The notes: generated from the sequence alone by a model not told the origin. Shown: positions 25,491-37,879, counted from the stretch's first letter. The stretch: 64,000 nt of DNA from Heteronotia binoei (GCF_032191835.1 NC_083223.1:83018001-83082000), one strand, 5' to 3'. A program made the numbers and translations.

Positions 25491-25891
25491 ACAGATGATA
25501 GTAGGTTCAGAATTGAACGTGTGTAGCCTCCTTGGTCCTCTGGAAGAAAACTGTTTATGCCTTTAACAGCTATACAGTTTAGAAACTATATAGAAACAAC
25601 TGAACAACACAATCCTCATTTAACATATAACCCAGAGATTTTTTTCGCAGTCTAAACAGTATTATGATAGGAGGAAGTTAATTTTTTTTCCAAATTGCTA
25701 GCTTGTGCCAAAGACAATGTGGAAACACGCTGCACAAAGAACCTAAGTCCAGGAATCAAATCCTTACTTCTCCTGCTTGGAAAAGTTTTATTCATAAAAA
25801 TGTCACTGCACACATACCATTTATCTCATATCTATAGGAGTGCCTGACAAACAGTGACAAATATATCATTTCATATCAGCTTTAGTATAGC

Positions 25892-26716
25892 TGTGGAGAA
25901 ACGCCATCTTAGTTAATGATGGTGCTTGGTGGGGAGGGAACATGAAACTGCTAAGGCAGGCTTTGTGGCCTAGCCTTCCCTTCACTCCCTCCTCCCTTCC
26001 GGAGTTAAACCATCAACTCTAGGGGGAAAGCCTCCTAGAGGGGCAGGAAGTTCTTTTTTTTTATTGGAGTGAGGCGGGAAAAGGTCAGTTCTTGGCTGGC
26101 CCTCAAGGAGAGAGGTTGTCAGTCTGTGGGCTCCTGACTGTGGGAGAGGCCTTCTCCTGAGGGAGAGGAGGACTCCAGGCAGTCAGAACGAGGAAGTCAT
26201 CCACAAGGCAGGGCAAGGTTAGACCAGGGACGGGAGGATGCATTTAAATCCACCTTTTATTTGTGCTCCTGGTTGCTGTTCGGGTGCTGTGCTAAACTTT
26301 TACATGCAACTGCTTTTGTTTTTTTCTTTTCTTTTGTTTTTCTCTTCTAATTAAATATTTTTACTGTTTTGAATGCTGGCAGTCAAACTTTGTACCACAT
26401 AGATCCCCAACCGCTTTAGACCATGCTGCTTTATGAAGGGGGCCCCGGGGAAAGGCATGTAGTTGGATAAGGTGCCAGTCCTCCAGGGGTTCCCCTAAGA
26501 AGTGCTGTGGTCTCTGTGATACCCAAGTACAGGGTGGCAGAGGACCTTGAGGCCTGGCCTCAGAGCTGGAGAGGGGGATTGGGAGTCCTGTTCCTCTCAA
26601 TCCAAACCCCTAGACTGAGCAGGTGGTGGCAGCGAGCCCAAGTGGCCGGAGGAGAAATAACTCCCTCCAAAAAGGGGAACGGGGTGTGGTAGGCAAACCA
26701 GGGCCATTCCGACACA
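25892..26716 (+). mobile_element. Solo LTR (825 bp)
   Basis: Termini tgtg...caca; perfect 5-bp TSD atagc (25887-25891 / 26717-26721). Confidence 0.85.
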
Positions 26717-29700
26717 ATAGCCATTACAGTGACTAAATTGTGTAGTAAATGTTGCATCTGGTTTGCCTGAGTTGGTTCTGTATGCTGTCATGACTGCTTG
26801 CCCTGTATCTGCTAGACACTGGGGGGATCTTCATTTCCAAACAAAAGGAATGAATGGACAAACTGAAATATATGTTTGCTTGATTAAATTAATTAAATGA
26901 ACAGCTTTTTAAACAAGGCGGTCTTTTAAAATATTGGTGCATGGAATCAAGTGATTCTAAAGACGGAAAGCTAAAAAAGAAAATGGATGTGATTTAAGTG
27001 ATTATTAATAACGTTTTAATATATTTTACTACAACATTTAGATTATTGTTAAGATGGGTGGGTGGCAGTTAGGGATGCAGTTCTACTCTGGCATCAGCTG
27101 AAGTCAGTGAACTTCTGAGTGTCCATTGCAGACAGAGAAGAATCAGCTTTGTGCCATCCGCCCTATCACATTTCACTGTAATCAGCCAAGAACAGAATTT
27201 TCTCTGCTGAAAGATGAAAGTAGCATTAGCCATGCAGAGGTTGGCAACGGGCAGGGGGGCTCCCTTAGGAAGTCATGTGTATTTCATATGGATTACATCA
27301 CCCTTTTATCCATATCACATGAGGCTGAGTCATTACTGCTCTTGCATACGATTTTCAAGAGCAAGTCTAGGCAGCAGCTGCTTAATTTCTTCTCTCCCAA
27401 CAACAGCCTTTAATGTACCACAGACAGTATTGTTTCAAACAGCTCTGCATGGTAATTTAGGTTTGCAACATGTTTCAACTTGACAAAGAGTTAAATCACA
27501 TCAAAATGCCAACAGATTCTCCATAGTGGCAGTCATGTTAGCAACTGCTAAAAACACACGATATGTTTTTGACAACATATTCATGTTTAGGTATAACAGA
27601 ATGACAACACTGAGCATCAAAGGTTAGAGTTTGTGAATTTAAGGAACAAATTCTACATTTAAAGATGGAAAGCAAGTAAGACTGGCAGGAACAAGAGATG
27701 TAAAATTTCCAGAAATTTCCAAGACACAAAAAAGATTGAAATCTTGGCGGAAATTGAAATATATGCAATACTTACTGTCCTGTCAAACCTAAATTATTTT
27801 TACTGCTTTAACAGCATAAAATGCACCATTTATTACCTACTTAGAATATAAAGTTGAAATATTTGACATATTTATAGAATTTAAAATGATAAATGCCTTA
27901 GTTTTATATAAGCAAAACTGCAAATATACCCAGTACTTGAGAGAAAACTACAAACTGAAGCACCCTGTGCTCTCTTAGGATATCCACCTTAATTTGTGCT
28001 ATCTCATTAAAGAGAGCTTAATTCTCAATGAAACTTTCCGTTTTCCTCTGAGGCTTTGATGCAGCATCTGCCACACTTCCTTCTGATAGTCTTTATATCC
28101 AGTCTGCAGATAAATGTAGATTTAGGTGGGCAGCTATGTTGGTCTGGAGTAATAAAACAAGGTTTGGTCCGAAGCAATAGAACAAAGTTCGAGTCCAGTA
28201 GCATCTATAAGACCAACAATGTTTAATTCTGGGTATAAGCTTTCTTAAAGATCCCATTGGACTCAAACCGTGTGGGTAAATATGTCACAGTGGTTTGAAG
28301 GAAAGGTAAAAAGAACAACCACATTAGGTCAAAAGGGCAACAAAAGGCACACAACTACAGGAAGCAATAAATGCCTTGCATACTCTCCCCATGAAAATCC
28401 TTCTAGGTGCAGAAATACATATTGATTTAAGAGCTGTATATGCCCACAATATGTCCATCTTGTCTTTAAAAACATTTAACTTTTAACATTTAACAAGATA
28501 AAGTATTTCACAGGGTTTTCCCCAGCATTCCTTCAAAAAAAAAAATCTGTTTTTCCCTTTTTCTCCTCTGGGCCTTCACATCTCTAGCAGGAACTGAAAC
28601 TGAGACACCAATTAAGTGATCTGAACAAACAGTTATACTTGAAAATTGCTTTTCTCTCCTGGATATCTTGATAACATAGTTGGGTTACAGTTCAGTGCTA
28701 AAGACTATTCCAACACTATCCATGATAACATTGGGATTTAAACCCAATCTTCCTTGATCCAGCTTCTGCACTCTGTTCACTAAAGCAAAACAACCAATTT
28801 TGGCAGATGGAAATGGGGCAATTTTCCCTGTCGTTGAAAACCTCAGAAAGTACTAGATCCCAGAAATTCCATCTGTGTACAAAAGATTTTGATGATTGCT
28901 ATTAAAAGTAATGGATGGATTCTGCAACCAGGAAAAACACCAAGGAGAAAACAGAAGAACATCAGTTCTAAGAGGAATAAAAACAAAGAGAGAACAGTCT
29001 ACTGTAGGCTACGCAAATAATTGCTCTTGGAACTCAGCCAAGGGAACAAAATCACATTCTCCTTTCAAATAAGGAAAGCTCCTTTTTTCTAACAGGACTA
29101 AGGGAAAAAAACACTTGTGCAAGAAAAGTGGAGCAAAATATTAGGACCCTTTTCCCCAAAATTAATTACATATCATCTTTTAAAAATGACCCTATAAACC
29201 TCTATAAGTTAACTATAAATCATTTTTTTAATAACCACTAATAGATCCTTAAGGTCAGCACTTGTTGTTCAGCCGCACAGTCGAGTCTGTTTTCAGCACA
29301 GCTGTCTGCAAAGTTTCAATACATGGGAGTTTTACTTATGTCTAAACTAATAAAACTTGTTAATTCGATAAGAAATTTGAAGAAAGCAAATGGAGAAAAT
29401 GAGCACTGTGTAAACTGGCACAAAGTTTCTCTGAGACCACATATACCCAGTCTAACAAGAAAAGACAGAGTAGTAAGGACAAAGAAAATACTAATGAACA
29501 ATACTGTGAGCTCAGTTCTTTCTCTCTGCCATTAACAGGTGGCAAAAAGAGCTTTCAAATATAGATGCATACATCTGTATTTTTAATTCAAAACACAGCA
29601 TTTGTAAAATCTCATTTTTAAAAAATATATAGTCAATCTATATCAGATAATGTAAAATCAGTTTGGTACCAAGTTCACAAACTAAAGTTTGCAGACTGAA

Positions 29701-30681
29701 AGATCCTTTATACTGTAACTCTATAGTTCGTATAATACATTTTTTGGGGGGGTGAATTATCTGCATTTAGATAAGTGCATCAGAATTTATCTGAAAATAC
29801 CATAATCAGACACACATCAGAAGCACATCAAAAGTTGATTTAATTCACCATGATAGGTAAAGATAAGGATTTTTAATCTACTGTATTAGAATGATTATTA
29901 CTAAATTATTGATAGTAAAGATACATGAAATGGCAAAGCTGAAAATGCTCACTCATATGTATGACACTACTACTAATTTATCAATTGAATGCTATTAATT
30001 TATCAACTGAGAACAAAGCACAAAAGCATTTCCTAATTATATTTTCTTTTTAAAATATATCTAAAAATAGATACTGCATTTTAATCTTTTCAAAGTAACA
30101 TAAAGCAAAAGTATGCACAAAAAACTGTGTATCTGATAAAGGCCTTGCCATTAAAAAGGTTTTAAAATTATAACATTAAGAATTATAATTATAAACCACA
30201 ATCTGGGCTAATCTGAGCACTTTTCGGCCTAATGACTTTCAAGGGTGCATTCCAGGAGCTCACTAAGTACATGCTCAAATATCACAGTAAAGCCAGGGGG
30301 GGGGGGGGGGAATGCTGGTCATACCTTATTTTACTAATTGTGTTAAACTCTGTAAAAGCCAATGGTAACCAGACTGCTTTCTGTTATAAAAATCAATGTT
30401 GTTACAGGAATGACATTATTATTTTAAGTTCTGCCTACAGTGATGAAGCTGCATTTAGGCTTACTGCAAAATAAATGGTTCCTTATGGCAGATTAATCAA
30501 ATTACACATTTTCCTCTTCAAGGACAGCATTCAAGAGTTAAGACACACAATCTGTAGGGATGAAAAAATCTCTGTGCTCAGTTTGCCTTTGTGCCAGAAA
30601 TCTGATGCTAGCATCCAAAAATATAATTTTCCAGTTCTATGTACTGCTGGTGGTGGAAAGTATCGTCAAGCCACAGTTTAC

Positions 30682-30845
30682 TTATAGCGACCCTGTGGGG
30701 TTTTCAAGGCAAGAGATTTTCAGAGGTGGTTTGCTATTGCCTGCCTCCACGTCACATACCTGGTATTCCTTGGAGGTCTCACATCTAAATACTAGCCATG
30801 GCCAACCCTATTCAGCTTCCAAGATCTGATTAGCCTGGGCTATGA
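30682..30845 (-). mobile_element. 5S rRNA-derived SINE with BovB/Sauria-type tail
   Basis: Minus strand gatcttggaagctgaatagggttggccatggctagtatttagatgtgagacctccaaggaataccagg resembles 5S rRNA; tail ggcaatagcaaaccacc...gaaaacccc. Confidence 0.8.
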
Positions 30846-32257
30846 AGGTCAGGGCATGTATAGCAAGCACCTATGAATTTTAAATATTTGGTCAGAATAT
30901 TTTAAATATCTGCCTTTAAATATTTTTTCCAATTTGGGTTTTGAGATAATACACACTGTGAATTTAATTTAATTTTATCAGTTAGTGAGACAATGAAGAG
31001 TGCAAGATGAACTAATCAGAAATAGGAATGTATATAAAACCAATGAAACATTAAATTGGTTTGATTTGATACATTCAAGAAAGATGCTAGTAGAGCTTTA
31101 GAACAATGTCTGCAGGGCATACAAATTATTCCATTTCAGCTTAACAAAAGTTGATCTAAAACCTTAAGTGTTACTGAGAAGCAACATAGAATAACTTTGT
31201 TTTGTTGCTAGTGCTCTGCAAGTTTAAAGTCATGAGCGCCTCACTTTAGTTTGTTATAGTGCATAACCTAATTGTGTGGATTTGTGTGTGTTAGACACAT
31301 GTAATTTTCTGACAGCGTGAATAGAGGAGCAGAGAACAATGATACAAAATGTGATTTGCACTACTAAAATAGCATTATGCCATTCCTCAACATAGTTCAG
31401 AATAGTAACAAAAAATAAACACAGAAATTCAACACTTATACTGCAGATTATGAGTACTGAAAGCACTCATGGGGATATGTCATAGGCCCCAGGCTGAATC
31501 CTTGGCACATCCAATTAAAAGGACTTCAGATTGTGGGCAGTACCACTAACTGAGTTTGAACAGTTGATGCCAGTTTGCCTGAGGTGGCGTAATACAGTTT
31601 CCTATGTTTATAATAGAAGGGAGGGGGCTGAGAAAACAGTGGCTAGGTCTTTCATGGGTGAAATACGGGAATTCCCAGTTTACAAGCTTAGTCATTACTA
31701 CAGCCACACTAGCTCTCATTATTAGTGTTATTAGCCTCCACAGATTTAACTCCAAGTAATGCAGCTTGGCTGACTTGTGAATCAAAGCTACTTACAATAT
31801 ATTTTGCTTACCCTTAACACTATACAATTTTAGATCCAAAATTCAACCTAATGTCCCCAGCTTTCGTTTTCTCTGAGACAAATATACCGGAAGTTATTTG
31901 GGGATTTCCATGTTAGTTGAGATGAACATTGAAATCTTTTATAAAACGCCAGTTTGCAGTCCAATGTTAATTATTCTGAACATAACCCTCAACGCGTTTA
32001 TACTTATCAAACATCTTGTAAAAGTAAATACCCATGCGTGGGATTTTGAAGAGCCCCCTTCCAGTGAATCTACCACCCATGATCATCTTTCAAGAACTTA
32101 TATATCCGATCTATGGAGACAGTCTGCACTATGATCGCACAAAGGCCTTCAGAAGATAAGTTCGACATAACTACTTTTGCACGTTAAGGAGGTTTGGGTC
32201 AGGACTCCAAAGCCGGCTTTGCGGTAAAATGAAGGGCTTACGGAAGAGAAAGGCTGT

Positions 32258-32263
32258 TTTATT
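32258..32263 (-). terminator. BORCS6: Candidate polyadenylation signal of BORCS6
   Basis: AATAAA on the minus strand about 215 nt after the stop codon. Confidence 0.6.
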
Positions 32264-32476
32264 AAAGTGGTGCAACTTATTTACACATAACTGAAAGCAA
32301 AACACTTGGTTAGAGACAGTTTCCTGAGATCACAACGGAAAACAGCTAAGTGCCTTGAAAGCTAAGTGGCCCGTTCCTTGGAGGGAAAGTTGCCGGTCAG
32401 AGACCAGCTTCCCTTTTTGAGCTCCTACAGAGACCCAAGTTCCGAGAGGTATCAGTGGAGGCCGGCATCAGCCCGG

Positions 32477-32965
32477 CTACTTGCAAAGACCTTCCAGTCT
32501 CTCCAGGGCGCTCTTCAGATCCCGGATGCGCTTGGCCAAGTCCGGCATAGGCTTCAGCTCCTGGTCCAGCTCTTCGCAGCGAGCGATCAGCGTGTACATG
32601 GAACGAATGCTCGTGTCCACGGCCTCGCCTAAGCTCTCCACGCTGTCCCTGTATGTCTGGATGCAGCCCACGCTGAGAGCTGTCACGGCCTGCAAGCGGC
32701 CGTGCATGCCTCGCAGCAGCTCATCCACCTGCGCCGCTGCTTGAACTGCAAGAGCCGCCAAGTCCTGCAACGCCTGCGGGTCGACGGCCGGGATCAGGCA
32801 GCCCGACGGGGAACTGAGCAGTATCGGCTGGTGATGACTGCTGGCCAGGAGGCGGCTATCCCTCCTCGTGGCGCCTCCGAAGCCCGGGACCACTGGCTGC
32901 TCCTCAGCAAAGCTCTTGGCCTCCAGCCCCTGCGGGACCGCCATGACGGCCGCAGCCTCAGTCAT
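32477..32965 (-). CDS. BORCS6: BLOC-1-related complex subunit 6 (lyspersin / C17orf59 family), intronless, 162 aa
   Basis: IPAVDPQALQDL...LQAVTALSVGCIQTYRDSVESLGEAVDTSIRSMYTLIARCEELDQELKPM matches the BORCS6 C-terminal domain; ATG at 32965 (alternative 32944); uninterrupted ORF. Confidence 0.85.
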   Translation of the reverse strand: MTEAAAVMAVPQGLEAKSFAEEQPVVPGFGGATRRDSRLLASSHHQPILLSSPSGCLIPAVDPQALQDLAALAVQAAAQVDELLRGMHGRLQAVTALSVGCIQTYRDSVESLGEAVDTSIRSMYTLIARCEELDQELKPMPDLAKRIRDLKSALERLEGLCK

Positions 32966-33574
32966 GTTTCCCAAAGAACTTCTAAAGCCTCTTGTGCCCG
33001 GCTCAAGCAAGAAGCGCCCTTGATTGGAAGGTGCCTGTCCCCCTTTTCGCCCCTTTCTGATCAGCCAGCCAGTAGAAATCACGAGGCGTAGAAAAACACC
33101 CACCTCTCTCTCTTTGGGTTGGAAACTACCCGGGGTAGAAGAACTTCTCTCTCCCTTCCTTCCCCTCCCTTCTTCCCCCTTGAGCGAGTAGAAACGAGGG
33201 CGTACTCTGACTGTATTTGTGTCTGCCTTGATTGGGCCAGCAGGTGCAATCAAGGCACAAGGACCGAATTAAATGGACAGCAACAAGAAAGAGGCGGGTC
33301 TCTATGAATCCCTTTGGTGCTGATTGGCAGACAGTAGGAAGGGGGTGTGGCCTTCTCGGGTAACAACAGTAGGGCGTTGTGGCGATTCTCTTCATTCCCC
33401 GCCATGTTCTCCTAGCAGCGTATCTGATCGCCTAACCATCGCAGCCTCGTCGAGTCCAACCGGACGCTCCGCAATCACATCCCTGCAACCCTGGCTGTTT
33501 TACTTTGGCCCACTAGCCCGACTTCTTTCACCTCCTCGCCCTGCTTGCCAAGACGCGACTCCTAACCCTTCAAT
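32966..33574. promoter_or_regulatory. Bidirectional CpG-island promoter BORCS6/PNRC1
   Basis: Divergent start codons 610 bp apart; three gattgg (CCAAT) boxes at about 33022, 33230, 33323; CpG-rich. Confidence 0.75.
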
Positions 33575-34000
33575 ATGGTGACGACGACTGCGCCTTCTTC
33601 CCCCTTCCTGGCCCGGATCTCGGCCGGCACCGAGGACCCCCGGCGGTTTCCCACATCCCTCCTACAGCGCCTTATGCGGGCGGACGCCAGCGGCGAAGGC
33701 CACCAACCCAGCTGCTGTCTGGTGGGACCAGGCGGCAGCCCCAGGCCGGCCCTGAAGAGAGTGAGGAGAAGGAAAGGGAAAATACGGTCCGCCTCCTCCA
33801 GCCTCTCCCAGAGCCGCTACCAACAGCACCAACAACATCGCGCCGGCCTGGGGCGAAGGAACACCACGCAGGGGGCGCGCAGCCCCTACGAAATCCCCAC
33901 AACGGCTTCGCCAGAGCCCGCTCTCGAAGCGGTTCTGACCGAGGAAGCGCCCACCGCTTCCCCGAGACCAGCCTCTGTCAGCAAACCTCTCAGAAAAGAG
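33575..34000 (+). CDS. PNRC1: PNRC1 exon 1 (coding part, 142 codons)
   Basis: MVTTTAP...LKRVRRRKGKIRS...SRYQQHQQHR...KPLRKE|gtgagg; in-frame stop at 33563 upstream of the ATG; phase 0 join to exon 2. Confidence 0.92.
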
Positions 34001-35376
34001 GTGAGGAAAAGGGGGGCGGGGCCGAGCCGAGGAGCACAGCCGTTGTTGCCCCTCGGGGAGGGGAGGGGAGGGGGAGGAAGTTTCCGTTACGCCCGTTCTT
34101 GCCCGAGAGCGGACCAAGTCAGCTTCCACAGGCGCAGATAGGCTGAAAAGCTCCGCCAATGAGCTTCGGCGGCTGCGCCCAGCAACAGCCAGATTTAGCC
34201 CGTTGGCTACGGTGCGGGGGAAGAGACGTGACGGCGCCGCCGCGCCCAATGGACGGGGGGGTTGAGAGTGGCGTCGGTAGTTCTGGAGGTTCCAGGGGGG
34301 CGGTCTGGGGCCCGCTTTGATCGAGTTCGGAGGAAGATGTTTACTGAAAGGTAGAGAGAAAAGACAAAGGCTCTCCAGTAAGAACTCCAGAGTTTCCTGC
34401 ATGCCTGAAATGAAAAGGCTTATTTGGGAAACGTCCTTTTAAAAGCTCCTCACCTAGAATACACGTATCAAGCCGAGGAGTGCTTAAGGGTTGCTCACAG
34501 AAGCCCATCAGTTGTTCGTTCTGGAGAAAGCACAATAAGATCCCTCTGGATTTTAATTTCCTGTTCCCGAATGTGTGGCTTGTCCATGATTGACGAGAAG
34601 GCTCTCCAGCAGTTGTTTACAAGTTGCATAGCCTAATAAATCCTGATTTGTATCTATTTGAACCTACGGCCCCTTGGTCTTTCAGAAATAATGGTTCAAG
34701 CATTAAATTCCTCGTCTGATGAAGTGTGCTTAAGAGCACACGAAAGCTTACGTTCTAAATAAAAATTGGTTGGTCTTAAAGGTGCAACTTGACTCCTGCT
34801 TCGTTCAATTAAATAGATGTGTCTTACTTGCTGAGTTAGATGAGCCAGGAATCTTAGTACAAGGTAGTTTCCCGGTATTGACCTGATAATGGGATATCAA
34901 GTACATTTGCATTTTAGTAAGGTCTATCCTATTAAATCTCAAAATTCCAACCATAGTCCTAAATTACTAGTGCTAGGGGGGAAACGTAGGGGAATTATTT
35001 TTAATGAGTGGGATATAAACTTTCACAGGAATAGTAAGTAGAGATGTGTGTACTTCTGGAAATAAGAATGCTATAAAATAAGATCGAAAAGGTTCTTTGT
35101 GGTCTATCTATAGGCATAACTGTCAGTGGAGGAGGGGAATAGTTCTAAGACTTGTAGATATACCTTTAAGACCAACAAAGTCTTATTCAGAATCTAAGCT
35201 TTTGCATGCATGCACACTTAATCAGACAAGCTTACACCCTGAATAAAACGTTGGTTTTAAAGGTGCCATTGGACTCTCACTTTGTTCTGTTACTTCAGAC
35301 CAACATGGCTACCCACATGGATCTATAGAGATGGCAGTAGTTCATGTATTTATGAGATCATTTTTTATCTTTACAG

Positions 35377-35820
35377 TTGTTAAAAAGCAAGATGGGGAAA
35401 TCTGAGAAGGCTACCATTCCATACAATCAGTCTGTTCATAGTCTACACCTGTGTGAACAATCAAAAATTAACAGACAGAGGAGCAAGTGTAATATACAAC
35501 TAAACAAGATTCCACCTGCAAAAAAAAGTGAAAATAACTTTTGGCAAGAATCAGTATCATCTGAGCTCATTAAAAAGCAGGAGAAAAAAACTGTGGAAAA
35601 CACAGAAAACATCAAGAACATGAAATCAAGGAAACCCATCTTTCTGACTGAATCTAACCAAAAAGAAAATTATGCTGGGGCAAAATTTAGTGAACCTCCT
35701 TCACCCAGTGTCCTTCCAAAGCCTCCTAGTCATTGGGTAGGAAGCACTGTCCAATATTCTGACCAAAATAGGGAGATGATGGCAGTCCATCTAAAAACTC
35801 TCTTAAAAGTTCAAGCATAG
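35377..35820 (+). CDS. PNRC1: PNRC1 exon 2
   Basis: ttacag|[11 protein letters not shown]...[22 protein letters not shown]...[13 protein letters not shown]; hallmark PNRC motif; total protein 289 aa. Confidence 0.97.
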   Translation: MLKSKMGKSEKATIPYNQSVHSLHLCEQSKINRQRSKCNIQLNKIPPAKKSENNFWQESVSSELIKKQEKKTVENTENIKNMKSRKPIFLTESNQKENYAGAKFSEPPSPSVLPKPPSHWVGSTVQYSDQNREMMAVHLKTLLKVQA

Positions 35821-36410
35821 CATATGGATAACCAAGAACATACTAGAAATTTGAAACCTGCCTTGTTGCAACATGAAGTGCAAAAGACTCAAGTCTTAAA
35901 TCATAAACATGTACTCTATTTTTTATGGTTGTGTAAATATTGTATATCCTGTAATGTGTATATTCATATTTTGAGGTACATTTTAGTTTTGTTATGAAAG
36001 GATGTATTTTATACTGCTCATGTGGCAGATGATTTTGTATATAGTAATGGACAACTTGCAATGTGTGCTTAACACATGGAAGACTTGACAGTGTTTGCAC
36101 AAGGTAATGAGATTTGAAAATCGAGAAAAGCTCTTCATCTCAAGGTTCAAATGGCAATGTAAAAACAAACTACTAAGGCACTACTGAAAAGCTTAACAAT
36201 CTGTGGCACAATACTTCGTTGAAGCTTTCAAAAAAAATGTGAATCTGTTTGGAATGGTATTTGGTGTTAAATTCAATTCCTTCTCAAAGGCACATTTGGA
36301 ATTTGATTAAATAATCCAGTAATTTAGCATAGCTGATTCTCTAAAATAGAGGAGCTGTGTTTTTCGTCCAGAGATAATTGGTAATTTAAAAAAAATGAAT
36401 TAAATAAAAC
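35821..36410 (+). other. PNRC1: PNRC1 3' UTR with polyA signal
   Basis: AU-rich, repeat-free; AATAAA at 36403-36408. Confidence 0.65.
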
Positions 36411-37879
36411 AATTTGGCCTCCCCTCATGCTGCTGTTATTTATTGTGCTTTGATCAATATTGCTGAGGTGAAGTGATTAATATCCCTGTATTAATGTGCT
36501 ATGCCTATGTTATGACATCAATCTTTCAGATACTACAACTGCTATGTACAAATGTTTCATTAGACCCTTCTCAACAAATCTTTAAAAATTAGGTGAACAG
36601 GATATGAGACAAGCATTAAGGTATTTTATATACTTGATTTGAATGCTCAACAAGCTCTATAATATCTATACTAACTTGCAGCCAGAATATTCCTCGACAA
36701 TTTTATGTTCAGTTAGAGATTTAGGCTGCGAGATCATGACTGGCCTAAGTTTTTCAAGCGAGTTCATGACAGAAGGAGGATTTGAGCCTGCTTCTTCCTG
36801 ATCCTAATCCAACATTTTACCACCAGCTGCATCACAAAAAGTAGTATATATCTGAAGTTCTGCAGGATGGGCACAGCCCCCCACAGCAAAATAATGAAGA
36901 TCCACACATTGAAGAAGTCTTTATGCACATATTCCACTGCTAGATTGAAATCCACCCATGTACAATATGTGAATTGAGCAGTAAATCCTACAATATGGAT
37001 ATGTCCACCAGAAAAGCATTGGGAATGGGGTATAGTGTAACTTAAATTGGCTCAGGCTGGAGTAACTCCAAAGGATTGCAGCATAAGTCTAGAGTCAAGT
37101 GTTGTAGGACACCATATTTGTGAGCTGAGTTTCTGAGACAATTCTAGCCATGAAAGATGGAAACCTTTATTCCATTAGAAATAAACACTAAATAATACAG
37201 TAGCGTTCTTGAATTCAAAATACGTTGCTTGCAGTCATCTTCAGTTAGTGACATCAGTATAGAAATATAAAACCAAAAAATACCATTGAACTTGAAAGAA
37301 ACCTTGTGAAGAATTCTCAGATGTTTGTGTTTAGTTTCCATTTTGGTAGGTCTGTTACAAGCACATAGAAAATTTTACAGATGTACTAAGCATACCTGAA
37401 GTGTATAGATCTGCAGTAGACTGTGTGGATTGTGGCAACCAGAAGGTAAAAAAATAAGCTCTGTAGATAGGTGACTTGCAAATGCAATTGAGAATTTATA
37501 AGTATGGATAAATCTATTTTGACAGAACAGCGTGCTTTCAGTTAATGTTCTTTTTCTGATCCAAAGTGAATCCAGTTACAGCCCAAGTATTAACACTAAC
37601 AAAATCTGAGAATAATGTACTCAGTGCAGATGCAAAATTTAAAAGGCGTATTCCATTCCAATTCCCTTTCAAACCTAAATGTTCTCAGAGCAGATGGTAT
37701 AAATGCACTAAATATACCCTTTCCAATATAAAAGTCAACAATCTGCTCCCTGCTAGGAAATGTTTTGAATCATTGTCCACTACTAATCCACTAATTTGAA
37801 GAGTTTATAATTTTGTGAAACATCCCCAAAGTTTTATGGCATATTACAATAATTGCAAAATAATCCTCTCACTAGGTAA

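Noticed and set aside
28880-29560. Purine-rich, coding-looking stretches on the + strand
   Set aside because: Stops in every frame and no consistent splice sites or homology
30682-30845. Possible 5S rRNA gene
   Set aside because: Diverged, incomplete and fused to a LINE-type tail, so it is a SINE
32966-33253. 96-aa N-terminal extension of the BORCS6 ORF in the ORF track
   Set aside because: Begins at a non-ATG codon and runs through the CCAAT promoter region; no resemblance to BORCS6
33662-34402. 246-aa ORF antisense to PNRC1 exon 1
   Set aside because: GC-rich antisense frame of a real exon; no independent evidence
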